From a virus (taxonomy: Duplodnaviria; Caudoviricetes): 29,555 nucleotides of DNA. Under the pieces are notes generated by a model. The model was not told the origin of the DNA. It saw only the letters and a program-made list of their open reading frames with translations, and ran no database searches. Positions 1 through 7,943 of the stretch are shown here, piece by piece. The position numbers and the translations under genes are program-made. The DNA is taken from positions 1 through 29,555 of IMG/VR virus record IMGVR_UViG_3300025429_000057. The stretch is one strand, 5' to 3'. Numbering within the stretch: the stretch's first letter is position 1; each line of letters starts with the position of its first letter.

Positions 1-12
1 GCATATTATTAA
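1..12 (+). CDS. 3' end of an upstream gene (...AYY-stop), probably terminase large subunit
   Basis: GCA TAT TAT TAA at the window start, overlapping the RBS (TAAGGA) of the next gene. The terL call is inferred only from its position upstream of the portal. Confidence 0.3.
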   Translation, partial: AYY

Positions 13-20
13 GGATTGAG

Positions 21-599
21 ATGGATGATTATATAAACAATTTAATGAGTAAAGCTGTTGAAGAATACCCATTTATTGCAAAACATAATCCTATCGTAAT
101 GGTTGGAAATGCAGGGGAAGACTACGCTGAAACATGGCCCCAAAATGAGCCCGGCGCTCCAAACGCTCCAAGGCCAAAAGAATTTCCCATTGATAGAGTC
201 GGAGTGATGATAGGCAAACCCAACGAATTTACCCATCACGACTTGGCTGGCGAATTAATGCATGTCGATCCCATTGCAAATAAAACTAGAAAAGGTTTAA
301 TAGATTCAATGACTGCAAAGCAACTTGCTACACTTGCTACAGTTTCTGGTGACTTTAAGCAAACAATGGACGAAGGCAGGCCGGCCGCAGATGCGGTGCA
401 AAACGGAACAGACTCTGCAATGCGAGGATATCTATTAAATCAATGGCCAAAAGAAGCCAACGATGAAATGAAATACAACAAAGACCAACTCAAAATGTTG
501 GATTCATTAAAGAGCTATATGAAACAAGATTTAGGTAACAAGTCCGGTGGGGTTGCAATGCCGCAACATTATTCATCAGGTAATTGGAAATTAATTTAA
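21..599 (+). CDS. Hypothetical protein (192 aa) upstream of the portal; degenerate HExxH-like segment (HDLAGELMH) and a C-terminal KSGG...GNWKLI tail
   Basis: ORF with TAAGGA RBS; stops 9 nt before the portal start. Confidence 0.75.
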   Translation: MDDYINNLMSKAVEEYPFIAKHNPIVMVGNAGEDYAETWPQNEPGAPNAPRPKEFPIDRVGVMIGKPNEFTHHDLAGELMHVDPIANKTRKGLIDSMTAKQLATLATVSGDFKQTMDEGRPAADAVQNGTDSAMRGYLLNQWPKEANDEMKYNKDQLKMLDSLKSYMKQDLGNKSGGVAMPQHYSSGNWKLI

Positions 600-608
600 G
601 GATTAATC

Positions 609-3215
609 ATGGCAATTAGCAAAGCACTTTATCAAGCCCCACAGGGATTAGATTCTCTCATGGGGAACAACATTGAGATCGAAATCGAAATGCCTCCTAT
701 GGATGAAGGCATGGACGTAGATCTTGAACATGTAGAAGAAATCAAAGGCATTGGGTTTGATGAAAACCTTGCCGATCATATTGATGATGCTGAACTTGCC
801 ATGATTGCTTCTGAGTTACTTAGTGACTTTGAAGAAGATGTTGCCTCTCGTAAAGATTGGATGCAAACCTATGTAGATGGTCTAGAATTATTGGGTTTGA
901 AGATCGAGGAAAGGTCAGAACCCTGGGAAGGCGCGTGCGGTGTGTACCACCCACTACTTGCTGAAGCATTGGTGAAGTTCCAGTCTGAGATGATGATGGA
1001 GACATTCCCAGCTCGTGGTCCGGTTAAGACCATGATCATAGGCAAAGAAACCCCAGATAAAAAAGAGGCAGCACTAAGGGTTGAGACGGATATGAATTTC
1101 CGCTTGACTGACCAAATGGTTGAGTACCGTCCCGAGCATGAGAGGCTTCTTTGGGGTGTAGGTTTATCTGGTAATGGCTTTAAGAAGGTGTACTATGATT
1201 CTCATTTGGGTCGTGAGACTTCTATATTTGTACCTGCAGAAGATTTAGTTGTTCCTTATGGTGCGTCCAGTTTGGAATCTGCTGAGCGCGTAACCCATGT
1301 GATGCGCAAGACCAGCAACGAGGTCAGAAGGCTGCAGTACTCTGGCTTTTGGAGAGATGTAGACCTTGGTGAGCCAGACATTGTGCTGGACGAGGTGGAG
1401 AAGAAAATTGCTGAGAAGCTTGGCTTTAGAGCTACAAGCGATGAGCGCCACAAGATACTAGAGATGAACGTCTACCTAAACCTCAAGGGGTTTGAGCATG
1501 TGGACGAGAGCGACGAGATGACCGGTATAGCATTGCCTTACATCGTCACAATCGACAAAGCTACGGCTACAGTGTTGGCAATTCGCCGCAATTGGAGAAA
1601 AACAGATCCTCTATTTACTAAGCGCAATCACTTTGTGCACTACGGGTATATACCAGGGTTTGGCTTTTATCACTTTGGTCTGATCCACTTGGTTGGTGCA
1701 TTTGCTAAATCAGGCACATCACTACTTAGACAACTGGTTGACGCAGGCTCTCTTGCTAATTTGCCAGGCGGCTTTAAAACCCGTGGTCTGCGGGTTAAGG
1801 GTGACGACACCCCCATAGCACCGGGCGAGTTCAGGGACGTAGACGTTCCAAGCGGTTCGATGAAAGACAATATCATGCCGCTACCTTACAAAGAGCCAAG
1901 CCAGACTTTGCTTGCTTTGATGAACCAGATCATTGAGGACGGACGTCGCTTTGCAAACACTGCGGATCTTCAGATCAGCGATATGTCAAGCCAAGCTCCA
2001 GTTGGTACAACACTGGCTATTTTGGAACGTACCCTTAAGGTAATGTCAGCGGTTCAAGCAAGACTTCATTATGCGATGAAGCAAGAGCTGGCTCTCCTTA
2101 AAGAGATTATTAAAGATTACATGCCAGAAGACTATGACTACGAGCCAGAAGAAGGTGACCGTAGCGCTAAGAAATCTGACTATGACTGCGTGGATATTCA
2201 CCCTGTCAGTGACCCCAATGCAGCAACAATGGCGCAAAAGATTGTGCAATACCAGGCGGTATTACAGTTGGCACAGGGCGCACCACAGATCTACAACATA
2301 CCACTATTACATCGCCAGATGCTAGAAGTATTGGGGATTAAGAACATCCAAAAGCTTGTCCCAATGGATGGGGATCAAAAACCCACAGATCCTGTAACGG
2401 AAAACCAGAACATATTGATGAACAAACCCGTCAAGGCGTTCTTGTATCAGGATCACCAAGCCCATATTGCTGTTCATATGTCAGCAATGCAAGATCCGAA
2501 GATTCAACAATTACTGCAAAACAACCCACAAGCACAGGCGCTACAAGCCGCTATGATGAACCATATCAACGAGCACTTGGGTTTCCAGTACAGAATCGAG
2601 ATCGAGAAACAACTTGGTATGTCCCTACCCGCCGAGAAGGATGCGGAAGGCGAAGATATCCCAATGAATCCAGAAGTCGAAGCAAGACTTGCTCCGCTAC
2701 TTGCCCAAGCCGCACAAAAACTGCTCTCACAAAACCAAGCGCAGGTGGCTCAGCAACAAGCTCAACAACAAGCCCAAGACCCACTGGTACAAATGCAACA
2801 ACAAGAGTTGCAGATCAAAGCGCAAGCCCAGCAACAAAAGGCTGCAAAAGACCAAGCCGATATCGCGCTCAAACAAAATCAGCAACGTATCGAACAGCAG
2901 CGCATCGCTGCACAAACTATGACAAGTCTCAAGCAAATAGACGTAGACGCGCTCAAGACTGCTGCGCAACTCAAAACACAGCACAAGAACAAGGCTATAG
3001 ATATTAAACATGATTCAGCCAAAGTATTGGCGGAGCATGAGCACCAAGCTAGACAAACTCATAAACAGATCTTCGCTGACGGAATCAAAACCGCCATGCT
3101 TGAAGGTAATAAGGCATCTGCCTCAGATAAAAGTGCACACCATGAAAAGGAAATGCACGCATTAAACGCCATGCAACAAATGGCACAAAATCAACCAACA
3201 CAAGGTGAAGAATGA
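609..3215 (+). CDS. Portal protein (P22-like, long Gln-rich C-terminal coiled-coil barrel)
   Basis: 868 aa with TAAGGA RBS. Motifs HPLLAEALVKFQS, GNGFKKVYYD, GFGFYHFGLIHL, LRQLVDAGSLANLPGG and APVGTTLAILE, a Q-rich tail, and a position before scaffold and capsid genes. Confidence 0.9.
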   Translation: MAISKALYQAPQGLDSLMGNNIEIEIEMPPMDEGMDVDLEHVEEIKGIGFDENLADHIDDAELAMIASELLSDFEEDVASRKDWMQTYVDGLELLGLKIEERSEPWEGACGVYHPLLAEALVKFQSEMMMETFPARGPVKTMIIGKETPDKKEAALRVETDMNFRLTDQMVEYRPEHERLLWGVGLSGNGFKKVYYDSHLGRETSIFVPAEDLVVPYGASSLESAERVTHVMRKTSNEVRRLQYSGFWRDVDLGEPDIVLDEVEKKIAEKLGFRATSDERHKILEMNVYLNLKGFEHVDESDEMTGIALPYIVTIDKATATVLAIRRNWRKTDPLFTKRNHFVHYGYIPGFGFYHFGLIHLVGAFAKSGTSLLRQLVDAGSLANLPGGFKTRGLRVKGDDTPIAPGEFRDVDVPSGSMKDNIMPLPYKEPSQTLLALMNQIIEDGRRFANTADLQISDMSSQAPVGTTLAILERTLKVMSAVQARLHYAMKQELALLKEIIKDYMPEDYDYEPEEGDRSAKKSDYDCVDIHPVSDPNAATMAQKIVQYQAVLQLAQGAPQIYNIPLLHRQMLEVLGIKNIQKLVPMDGDQKPTDPVTENQNILMNKPVKAFLYQDHQAHIAVHMSAMQDPKIQQLLQNNPQAQALQAAMMNHINEHLGFQYRIEIEKQLGMSLPAEKDAEGEDIPMNPEVEARLAPLLAQAAQKLLSQNQAQVAQQQAQQQAQDPLVQMQQQELQIKAQAQQQKAAKDQADIALKQNQQRIEQQRIAAQTMTSLKQIDVDALKTAAQLKTQHKNKAIDIKHDSAKVLAEHEHQARQTHKQIFADGIKTAMLEGNKASASDKSAHHEKEMHALNAMQQMAQNQPTQGEE

Positions 3216-3400
3216 CACATTTAGAAGTCCTAGTCCAACAAACGGACGAAAGAGTCGAATACCTACAAAAGTTTTTAGGCTCTGGGAAAGCAACAAGTTT
3301 TGAAGATTACAAGAGTCTTTGCGGTGAGATTAAGGGTCTGCTCATTGCACGAGGATTAGTACTAGACCTGAAACAAAACTTGGAGAATGATGATGACTGA
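3212..3400 (+). CDS. Small hypothetical protein (62 aa) in the head module
   Basis: ATGA overlap with the portal stop; helical YKxLCGEIKGL segment. Confidence 0.75.
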   Translation: MTHLEVLVQQTDERVEYLQKFLGSGKATSFEDYKSLCGEIKGLLIARGLVLDLKQNLENDDD

Positions 3401-3803
3401 ATTCGACGTACAAGCCGTTGATTTGTCAGGTATCTTGAATAAAGATACGGTAGATAAAGCGAAACAATTACCAGACCCAGCTACATTCCATATACTAACT
3501 GTTGTTCCAGAAGCAATGGTGGAGTACGCGGATAGTGAAGTAGGTTTAATTAAGTCCGACCAAACAAGGCATTATGAGGAAGTTTTAACTCCTGTGCTTT
3601 TCGTAGTCAAATTAGGCCCCGATGCTTACAAAGATAAAGCGAGGTTCCCAACCGGACCGTCGTGCAAGGAAGGTGATTTTGTCATCGTCCGTCCCAATTC
3701 AGGCACCCGTCTGAAGATTCATGGTCGTGAATTCAGGATCATCAATGATGACTCTGTACAAGCGGTTGTGGAAGATCCAAGAGGCATTTCAAGAGCATCA
3801 TAA
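3393..3803 (+). CDS. GroES/Cpn10-like co-chaperonin
   Basis: P..FHIL, VVKLGPDAY, CKEGDFVIV..SGTRLKIHGREFRIINDDSVQAVV match the GroES pattern. GGAG at 3382-3385 favours ATG 3393 (ATGs at 3387 and 3390 are alternatives). Confidence 0.85.
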   Translation: MTEFDVQAVDLSGILNKDTVDKAKQLPDPATFHILTVVPEAMVEYADSEVGLIKSDQTRHYEEVLTPVLFVVKLGPDAYKDKARFPTGPSCKEGDFVIVRPNSGTRLKIHGREFRIINDDSVQAVVEDPRGISRAS

Positions 3804-3812
3804 GGAGCAAAT

Positions 3813-4772
3813 ATGGCTGAAACACAAGGCGAGGAATTTAAATTTCCTGACGAGATAGATAAGGATAAACCCTTAGATGAACCCAAACTTGAGATAGAGT
3901 TTGAGGACGATACCCCACCAGAGGATCGTAACCGCACCCCAATGCCTGCTCAAATTGTCGAGAAACTTGACAAAGACGAGCTAGACAAATACGAAGGCGA
4001 AGTAAAAGAAAAAATGCTTCAAATGCGTAAAGTCTGGCATGACGAGCGCAGGGCAAAAGAAGCCGCTTATAGAGAGCAGCAGGAAGCTATTGCGCTTGCC
4101 AAGCGGGTAATGGAGGAGAATAAAAAGATCAAGCATATGCTCTCCACCGGGGAGAAGGAATATGTCGATACTCTTAAAACTTCTGCTGATCTACAACTGC
4201 GCTTAGCGCAGGATGAGTACCGCAAAGCCTACGATGCGGGCGACACTGACAAGATCATTGAAGCCCAGCAAAAGATGCAAGAAGCCAACATAAAGATCAT
4301 GCAAGCGAAGAATTTTCGTTTGCCCTCTTTACAAGTTGAAGAAAATAGTGTACAAACCATACCTGAACAGACACAATCTGCTCCCGAACCTGATTACAAG
4401 GCTAGAGCGTGGCAACAACGCAATCCTTGGTTTGGACAGGACGAGGAGATGACCGCAGCAACTCTTGGCTTACACGAAAAGCTGAGACGCAACGGAGTAG
4501 TGATTGGGTCTGACGAATATTACGCAGCATTGGACAAAACAATGCGCAAGCGCTTCCCCGAATACTTCGAGGAGGACGCACCCAATGAACCTGCAAAGGA
4601 AGCACCGAAGCAAGTCGAAAGACCAGCTTCTATCGTAGCACCAGCAGTTCGTAGTTCATCCCCCAATCGGATCAAACTTAAAACTAGCCAAGTCCAGTTA
4701 GCAAAGAAACTTGGGCTTACACCGGAGCAATACGCCATTGCAGCGAAGAAATTGGAGTCACAAAATGTCTGA
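3813..4772 (+). CDS. Capsid scaffolding protein
   Basis: 319 aa; acidic N-terminus, long charged coiled coil, W..RNPWF, C-terminal basic helix-turn-helix (QVQLAKKLGLTPEQYA); lies between portal and capsid genes; AAGGAG RBS. Confidence 0.75.
   Translation: MAETQGEEFKFPDEIDKDKPLDEPKLEIEFEDDTPPEDRNRTPMPAQIVEKLDKDELDKYEGEVKEKMLQMRKVWHDERRAKEAAYREQQEAIALAKRVMEENKKIKHMLSTGEKEYVDTLKTSADLQLRLAQDEYRKAYDAGDTDKIIEAQQKMQEANIKIMQAKNFRLPSLQVEENSVQTIPEQTQSAPEPDYKARAWQQRNPWFGQDEEMTAATLGLHEKLRRNGVVIGSDEYYAALDKTMRKRFPEYFEEDAPNEPAKEAPKQVERPASIVAPAVRSSSPNRIKLKTSQVQLAKKLGLTPEQYAIAAKKLESQNV
4328..4356 (+). promoter_or_regulatory. Candidate sigma70-like promoter inside the scaffold gene
   Basis: TTTACA-N17-TACAAA; shares AAAATAGTGTA (4342-4352) with the intergenic promoter (7079-7089). 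Confidence 0.4.
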
Positions 4773-5226
4773 TAAACAAAATAGATTAAGCCGCGAATTA
4801 GATAGCCGAGTAATGACTATGGCTAGACCAACTGAGTGGCGTCCGCCAGATGTATTACCAGCACCAGAGCCACGCCCTGGCTGGAGTCACAGGTGGGTTC
4901 GTATTAGTATGTTAGGTGCTGCTGACCCAAGCAATATTTCTTCTAAGTTCCGTGAAGGGTATGAACCCTGCAGAGCAGAGGATTATCCTGAACTGATGAT
5001 GCACGAAACCCAAGATGGTCGCTTTAAAGGCAACATCGAGGTAGGTGGTTTATTGTTATGCCGTATTCCAGAGGAATTTATTTCCCAGCGAGATGCTTAT
5101 TTCGCCAAGCAAACTAAAGCCCAAATGGACTCGGTTGACAATACCTTTATGAGAGACAACGATCCTAGGATGCAGAAGTTCTCTGAAAGAAAATCAGAGG
5201 TACGCTTCGGTTCTGGGGCAGCTTAA
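4765..5226 (+). CDS. Hypothetical head-module protein (153 aa)
   Basis: Start moved to ATG 4765 (GGAG at 4754-4757; overlaps the scaffold stop). Motifs RWVRIS, REGYEP, GGLLLCRIP. Confidence 0.8.
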   Translation: MSDKQNRLSRELDSRVMTMARPTEWRPPDVLPAPEPRPGWSHRWVRISMLGAADPSNISSKFREGYEPCRAEDYPELMMHETQDGRFKGNIEVGGLLLCRIPEEFISQRDAYFAKQTKAQMDSVDNTFMRDNDPRMQKFSERKSEVRFGSGAA

Positions 5227-5244
5227 TTTTTAACGGAGATTTAA

Positions 5245-6081
5245 ATGGCATATCCTACAGTATCGGCCCCTTACGGCCTAAAGCCTGTAAATCTTATTGG
5301 TGGACAAGTTTTTGCTGGATCAACTCGTCAGTTGCCTATCCAGTATGGCTACGCTACTAATATTTTTTACGGCGATTTCGTTGCACTAGCCCAAGGCTTT
5401 ATCACACGCCAATCAGTTTCTACTGGTGGCGGCGCATCAGGCATGGTTGGTGTTTTCCTTGGCTGTAACTATACAGATCCAGTAACTAAGCAAAAGCGCT
5501 ATAGCCAATACTGGCCCGCAAGCACTTTAGCTGGTGATGCACAAGCTATTGTTTGTGATGATCCTGACACAGTTTTTAAAGCTGTTGTTTGCTCATCTGG
5601 AACCACTGTTGCTTCAGCAAGTATCCCCATGATTGGTCAAAACTACCAGATGATTAACAACACTGGTAACGTCAATACTGGTGACTCTGCTAACGCATTG
5701 CTCTACTCTGCAACTTTGACAACAAGCACATTCCCAATTCGTGTTGTTGACATCGTTCGTGACACAGCTCAGTCTTATTCTGCTGTTGGTAGCTCAAGCT
5801 CTACAACAATCACTATGACAACCGGACCTAACGGTAACGTGTCGCAAGGTGCTGACGTAGCTTACTTGGCATCTAATGGTCAGCTCATTGAGACTGGTTC
5901 TTTTGTTACCGCAGCTATTTCTGCTGGTGCAACATCTGGAACATTAAACGTAGCCGTTGCCGTCCCTGGTGGTGTCACAGCTATCCCATCCGCATCAACT
6001 ATTGTGTTTACAAACTATCCTGAAGTGCTTGTTAAGCTTAACTTCGGTATACATGAGTATTACACTGCAACCGCTGTTTAA
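5245..6081 (+). CDS. Putative capsid decoration/cement protein with an inserted Ser/Thr-rich module
   Basis: 278 aa, beta-rich (PYGLKPV, IFYGDFV, GVFLGCNY, VCDDPD), directly upstream of the capsid gene; GGAG RBS. Confidence 0.6.
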   Translation: MAYPTVSAPYGLKPVNLIGGQVFAGSTRQLPIQYGYATNIFYGDFVALAQGFITRQSVSTGGGASGMVGVFLGCNYTDPVTKQKRYSQYWPASTLAGDAQAIVCDDPDTVFKAVVCSSGTTVASASIPMIGQNYQMINNTGNVNTGDSANALLYSATLTTSTFPIRVVDIVRDTAQSYSAVGSSSSTTITMTTGPNGNVSQGADVAYLASNGQLIETGSFVTAAISAGATSGTLNVAVAVPGGVTAIPSASTIVFTNYPEVLVKLNFGIHEYYTATAV

Positions 6082-6094
6082 GGAGTAACATAAA

Positions 6095-6997
6095 ATGGCT
6101 ATTTCACGCGCACAACTATTGAAAGAGTTGCTCCCTGGACTGAACGCATTGTTCGGATTAGAGTACGCACGCTACGGCGAAGAGCACAAAGAGATCTATG
6201 AAACAGAAACCTCTGAGCGTTCTTTTGAAGAAGAAACCAAACTTTCAGGTTTCTCTGCTGCACCTGTTAAGGCTGAGGGTAATGCCATCGCTTATGACAA
6301 TGCACAGGAAGCTTGGACAACTCGCTATAACCACGAAACCATTGCTCTTGGTTTTTCAATCACCGAAGAGGCGATTGAAGATAACTTGTATGACTCTTTG
6401 TCTGCTCGTTATACAAAGGGCTTGGCTCGCGCTATGGCTTACACCAAGCAAGTTAAAGCTGCCGCAATCCTAAACAATGGATTTAACGCTGCTTATACTG
6501 GCGGTGACGGTGTTTCTTTGTTCAATACTGCACACCCATTGGTTAACGGCGGTACTAACGCTAACACTCCTTCTACACCTGCTGACTTGAACGAAACAGC
6601 CCTTGAAAATGCTGTTATCCAGATTGCAGCTTGGACAGATGAGCGTGGTCTCTTGATCGCTGCTAAGCCCAAGAAGTTGATTGTTCCTCCAGCACTCCAA
6701 TTCGTTGCAACTCGTTTGCTCGATACAGAGTTGCGCGTTGGTACAAACAACAACGACATTAACGCAATTAAGAACAACGGCGCTGTTCCAGAGGGTTACA
6801 CAATTAACCACTTCTTGACAGCTACCAATGCTTGGTTCTTAACAACTGACGTACCTAACGGTCTCAAGCACTTTGTTCGTACTCCATTGCAAAACTCAAT
6901 GGATGGTGATTTCGATACGGGCAACGTGAGGTACAAAGCGCGCGAGCGTTACAGCTTTGGCTGGTCTGATCCTCTTGGAGTCTACGGTTCTTATTGA
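6095..6997 (+). CDS. Major capsid protein (HK97 fold, Mu gpT-like family)
   Basis: 300 aa; MAISRAQLLKELLPGLNALFG, ALGFSITEEAIEDNLY, GDGVSLFNTAHP, PKKLIVPPAL, DFDTGNVRYKARERYSFGWSD; strong TAAGGAG RBS; followed by a terminator. Confidence 0.92.
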   Translation: MAISRAQLLKELLPGLNALFGLEYARYGEEHKEIYETETSERSFEEETKLSGFSAAPVKAEGNAIAYDNAQEAWTTRYNHETIALGFSITEEAIEDNLYDSLSARYTKGLARAMAYTKQVKAAAILNNGFNAAYTGGDGVSLFNTAHPLVNGGTNANTPSTPADLNETALENAVIQIAAWTDERGLLIAAKPKKLIVPPALQFVATRLLDTELRVGTNNNDINAIKNNGAVPEGYTINHFLTATNAWFLTTDVPNGLKHFVRTPLQNSMDGDFDTGNVRYKARERYSFGWSDPLGVYGSY

Positions 6998-7023
6998 TTT
7001 AGGATTGGGAGTTTCCCGGTCGG

Positions 7024-7055
7024 AGGGGTCCTCAAAAGGGACCCCTTTTTATTTT
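7024..7055 (+). terminator. Rho-independent terminator after the capsid gene
   Basis: GGGGTCC (7025-7031) pairs with GGACCCC (7039-7045), followed by TTTTTATTTT. Confidence 0.88.
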
Positions 7056-7065
7056 CATAAATTTG

Positions 7066-7093
7066 TTGACATGATCCAAAAATAGTGTATATT
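7066..7093 (+). promoter_or_regulatory. Sigma70-type promoter
   Basis: Perfect TTGACA, 16-nt spacer, TATATT; immediately after the terminator and 8 nt before the structured leader. Confidence 0.7.
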
Positions 7094-7100
7094 TCAGTTA

Positions 7101-7170
7101 TCTGGGAATTCAACCTTGTTGCCACTGGCCCAGCAGACGATGCAACGATTAACAAGGTTTCTTTTGCATA
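7101..7170 (+). ncRNA. Structured RNA with a predicted double pseudoknot; candidate Mu-gpT-DE (Mu-like gpT downstream element) motif
   Basis: Three interleaved complementary pairs: CTGGG 7102-7106/CCCAG 7129-7133; AACCTTGTT 7112-7120/AACAAGGTT 7151-7159; ATGCAA 7140-7145/TTGCAT 7164-7169. The location downstream of a gpT-like gene matches the described motif; the family assignment was not verified. Confidence 0.6.
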
Positions 7171-7182
7171 AGGACTCATATC

Positions 7183-7893
7183 ATGGGACGCAGTACATTT
7201 GAAGGGCCAGTCCTATCTGGCGATAACCGTTTTGGACCACAACGTGACATTGGTGGTGTTCTCTTAACCCAAACAATCCTTTTAGATTATTCTAAAACGA
7301 CCCCCCAAGCTGCTGGTTACGCTGGCGCTTCTGGAGTATTTGCAACGTCAAATACAATCCCTAACTCAATTGCAACTATCTGGGCTCCTCAGTCTGGCGT
7401 ATTCAGCAATTCTGGACCTTCATTAACATCCAATACACCTACTGCGGATGCAACAGGTACAAACTATCGTGGCGCAGTATTTTTACTTCCACAAGGTTCA
7501 TACCTTAAGTCAATTGAATTTGATAACATTGTTCAGCCTACAGACGGAACAAATGCAGTAACTGGAATCCAACCTTATATCTCTAACGACTTTGCTACAT
7601 CTGCTGGTGTATATGCAACTTCTGCGTCTATTACTGGCTCAAGCATCGGTCGCACAACAGCTACATTTACAGCAACTCAGTATGTAAATGCTCAGTCTAC
7701 ACTGCAAGATGTACAGAACATTCAACCCGGTACACAGCCTACATGGTTCTCCCAGTTAGTTGTTACATTAAAGTTGACTGTTGCTTCACTCACATCTGTT
7801 AACGCAGGTAAGATGAACATCATAGTAAGCTACGTCCAACCCGATCCTAACGTTGGTAACGGAACAACCTACCCATACGGTAACTACGACTAA
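7183..7893 (+). CDS. Putative virion structural protein (236 aa)
   Basis: TAAGGA RBS; N-terminal STFEGPV arm; S/T/G/A-rich beta composition; flanked by a promoter and a terminator. Confidence 0.7.
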   Translation: MGRSTFEGPVLSGDNRFGPQRDIGGVLLTQTILLDYSKTTPQAAGYAGASGVFATSNTIPNSIATIWAPQSGVFSNSGPSLTSNTPTADATGTNYRGAVFLLPQGSYLKSIEFDNIVQPTDGTNAVTGIQPYISNDFATSAGVYATSASITGSSIGRTTATFTATQYVNAQSTLQDVQNIQPGTQPTWFSQLVVTLKLTVASLTSVNAGKMNIIVSYVQPDPNVGNGTTYPYGNYD

Positions 7894-7898
7894 TAGCT

Positions 7899-7922
7899 AG
7901 GGGGCACTTGCCCCCTTTCTTA
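7899..7922 (+). terminator. Rho-independent terminator
   Basis: GGGGGC-ACTT-GCCCCC followed by TTTCTT. Confidence 0.75.
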
Positions 7923-7943
7923 AATTAAATAGGAGTTTGTTGT

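Noticed and set aside
7007-7017. Mini-hairpin GGGA-GTT-TCCC after the capsid stop as a read-through or frameshift signal
   Set aside because: A 4-bp stem only, and no extended downstream frame before the terminator.
6991-7179. Minus-strand 62-aa ORF across the post-capsid intergenic region
   Set aside because: The region is explained by the terminator, promoter and RNA structure on the + strand.
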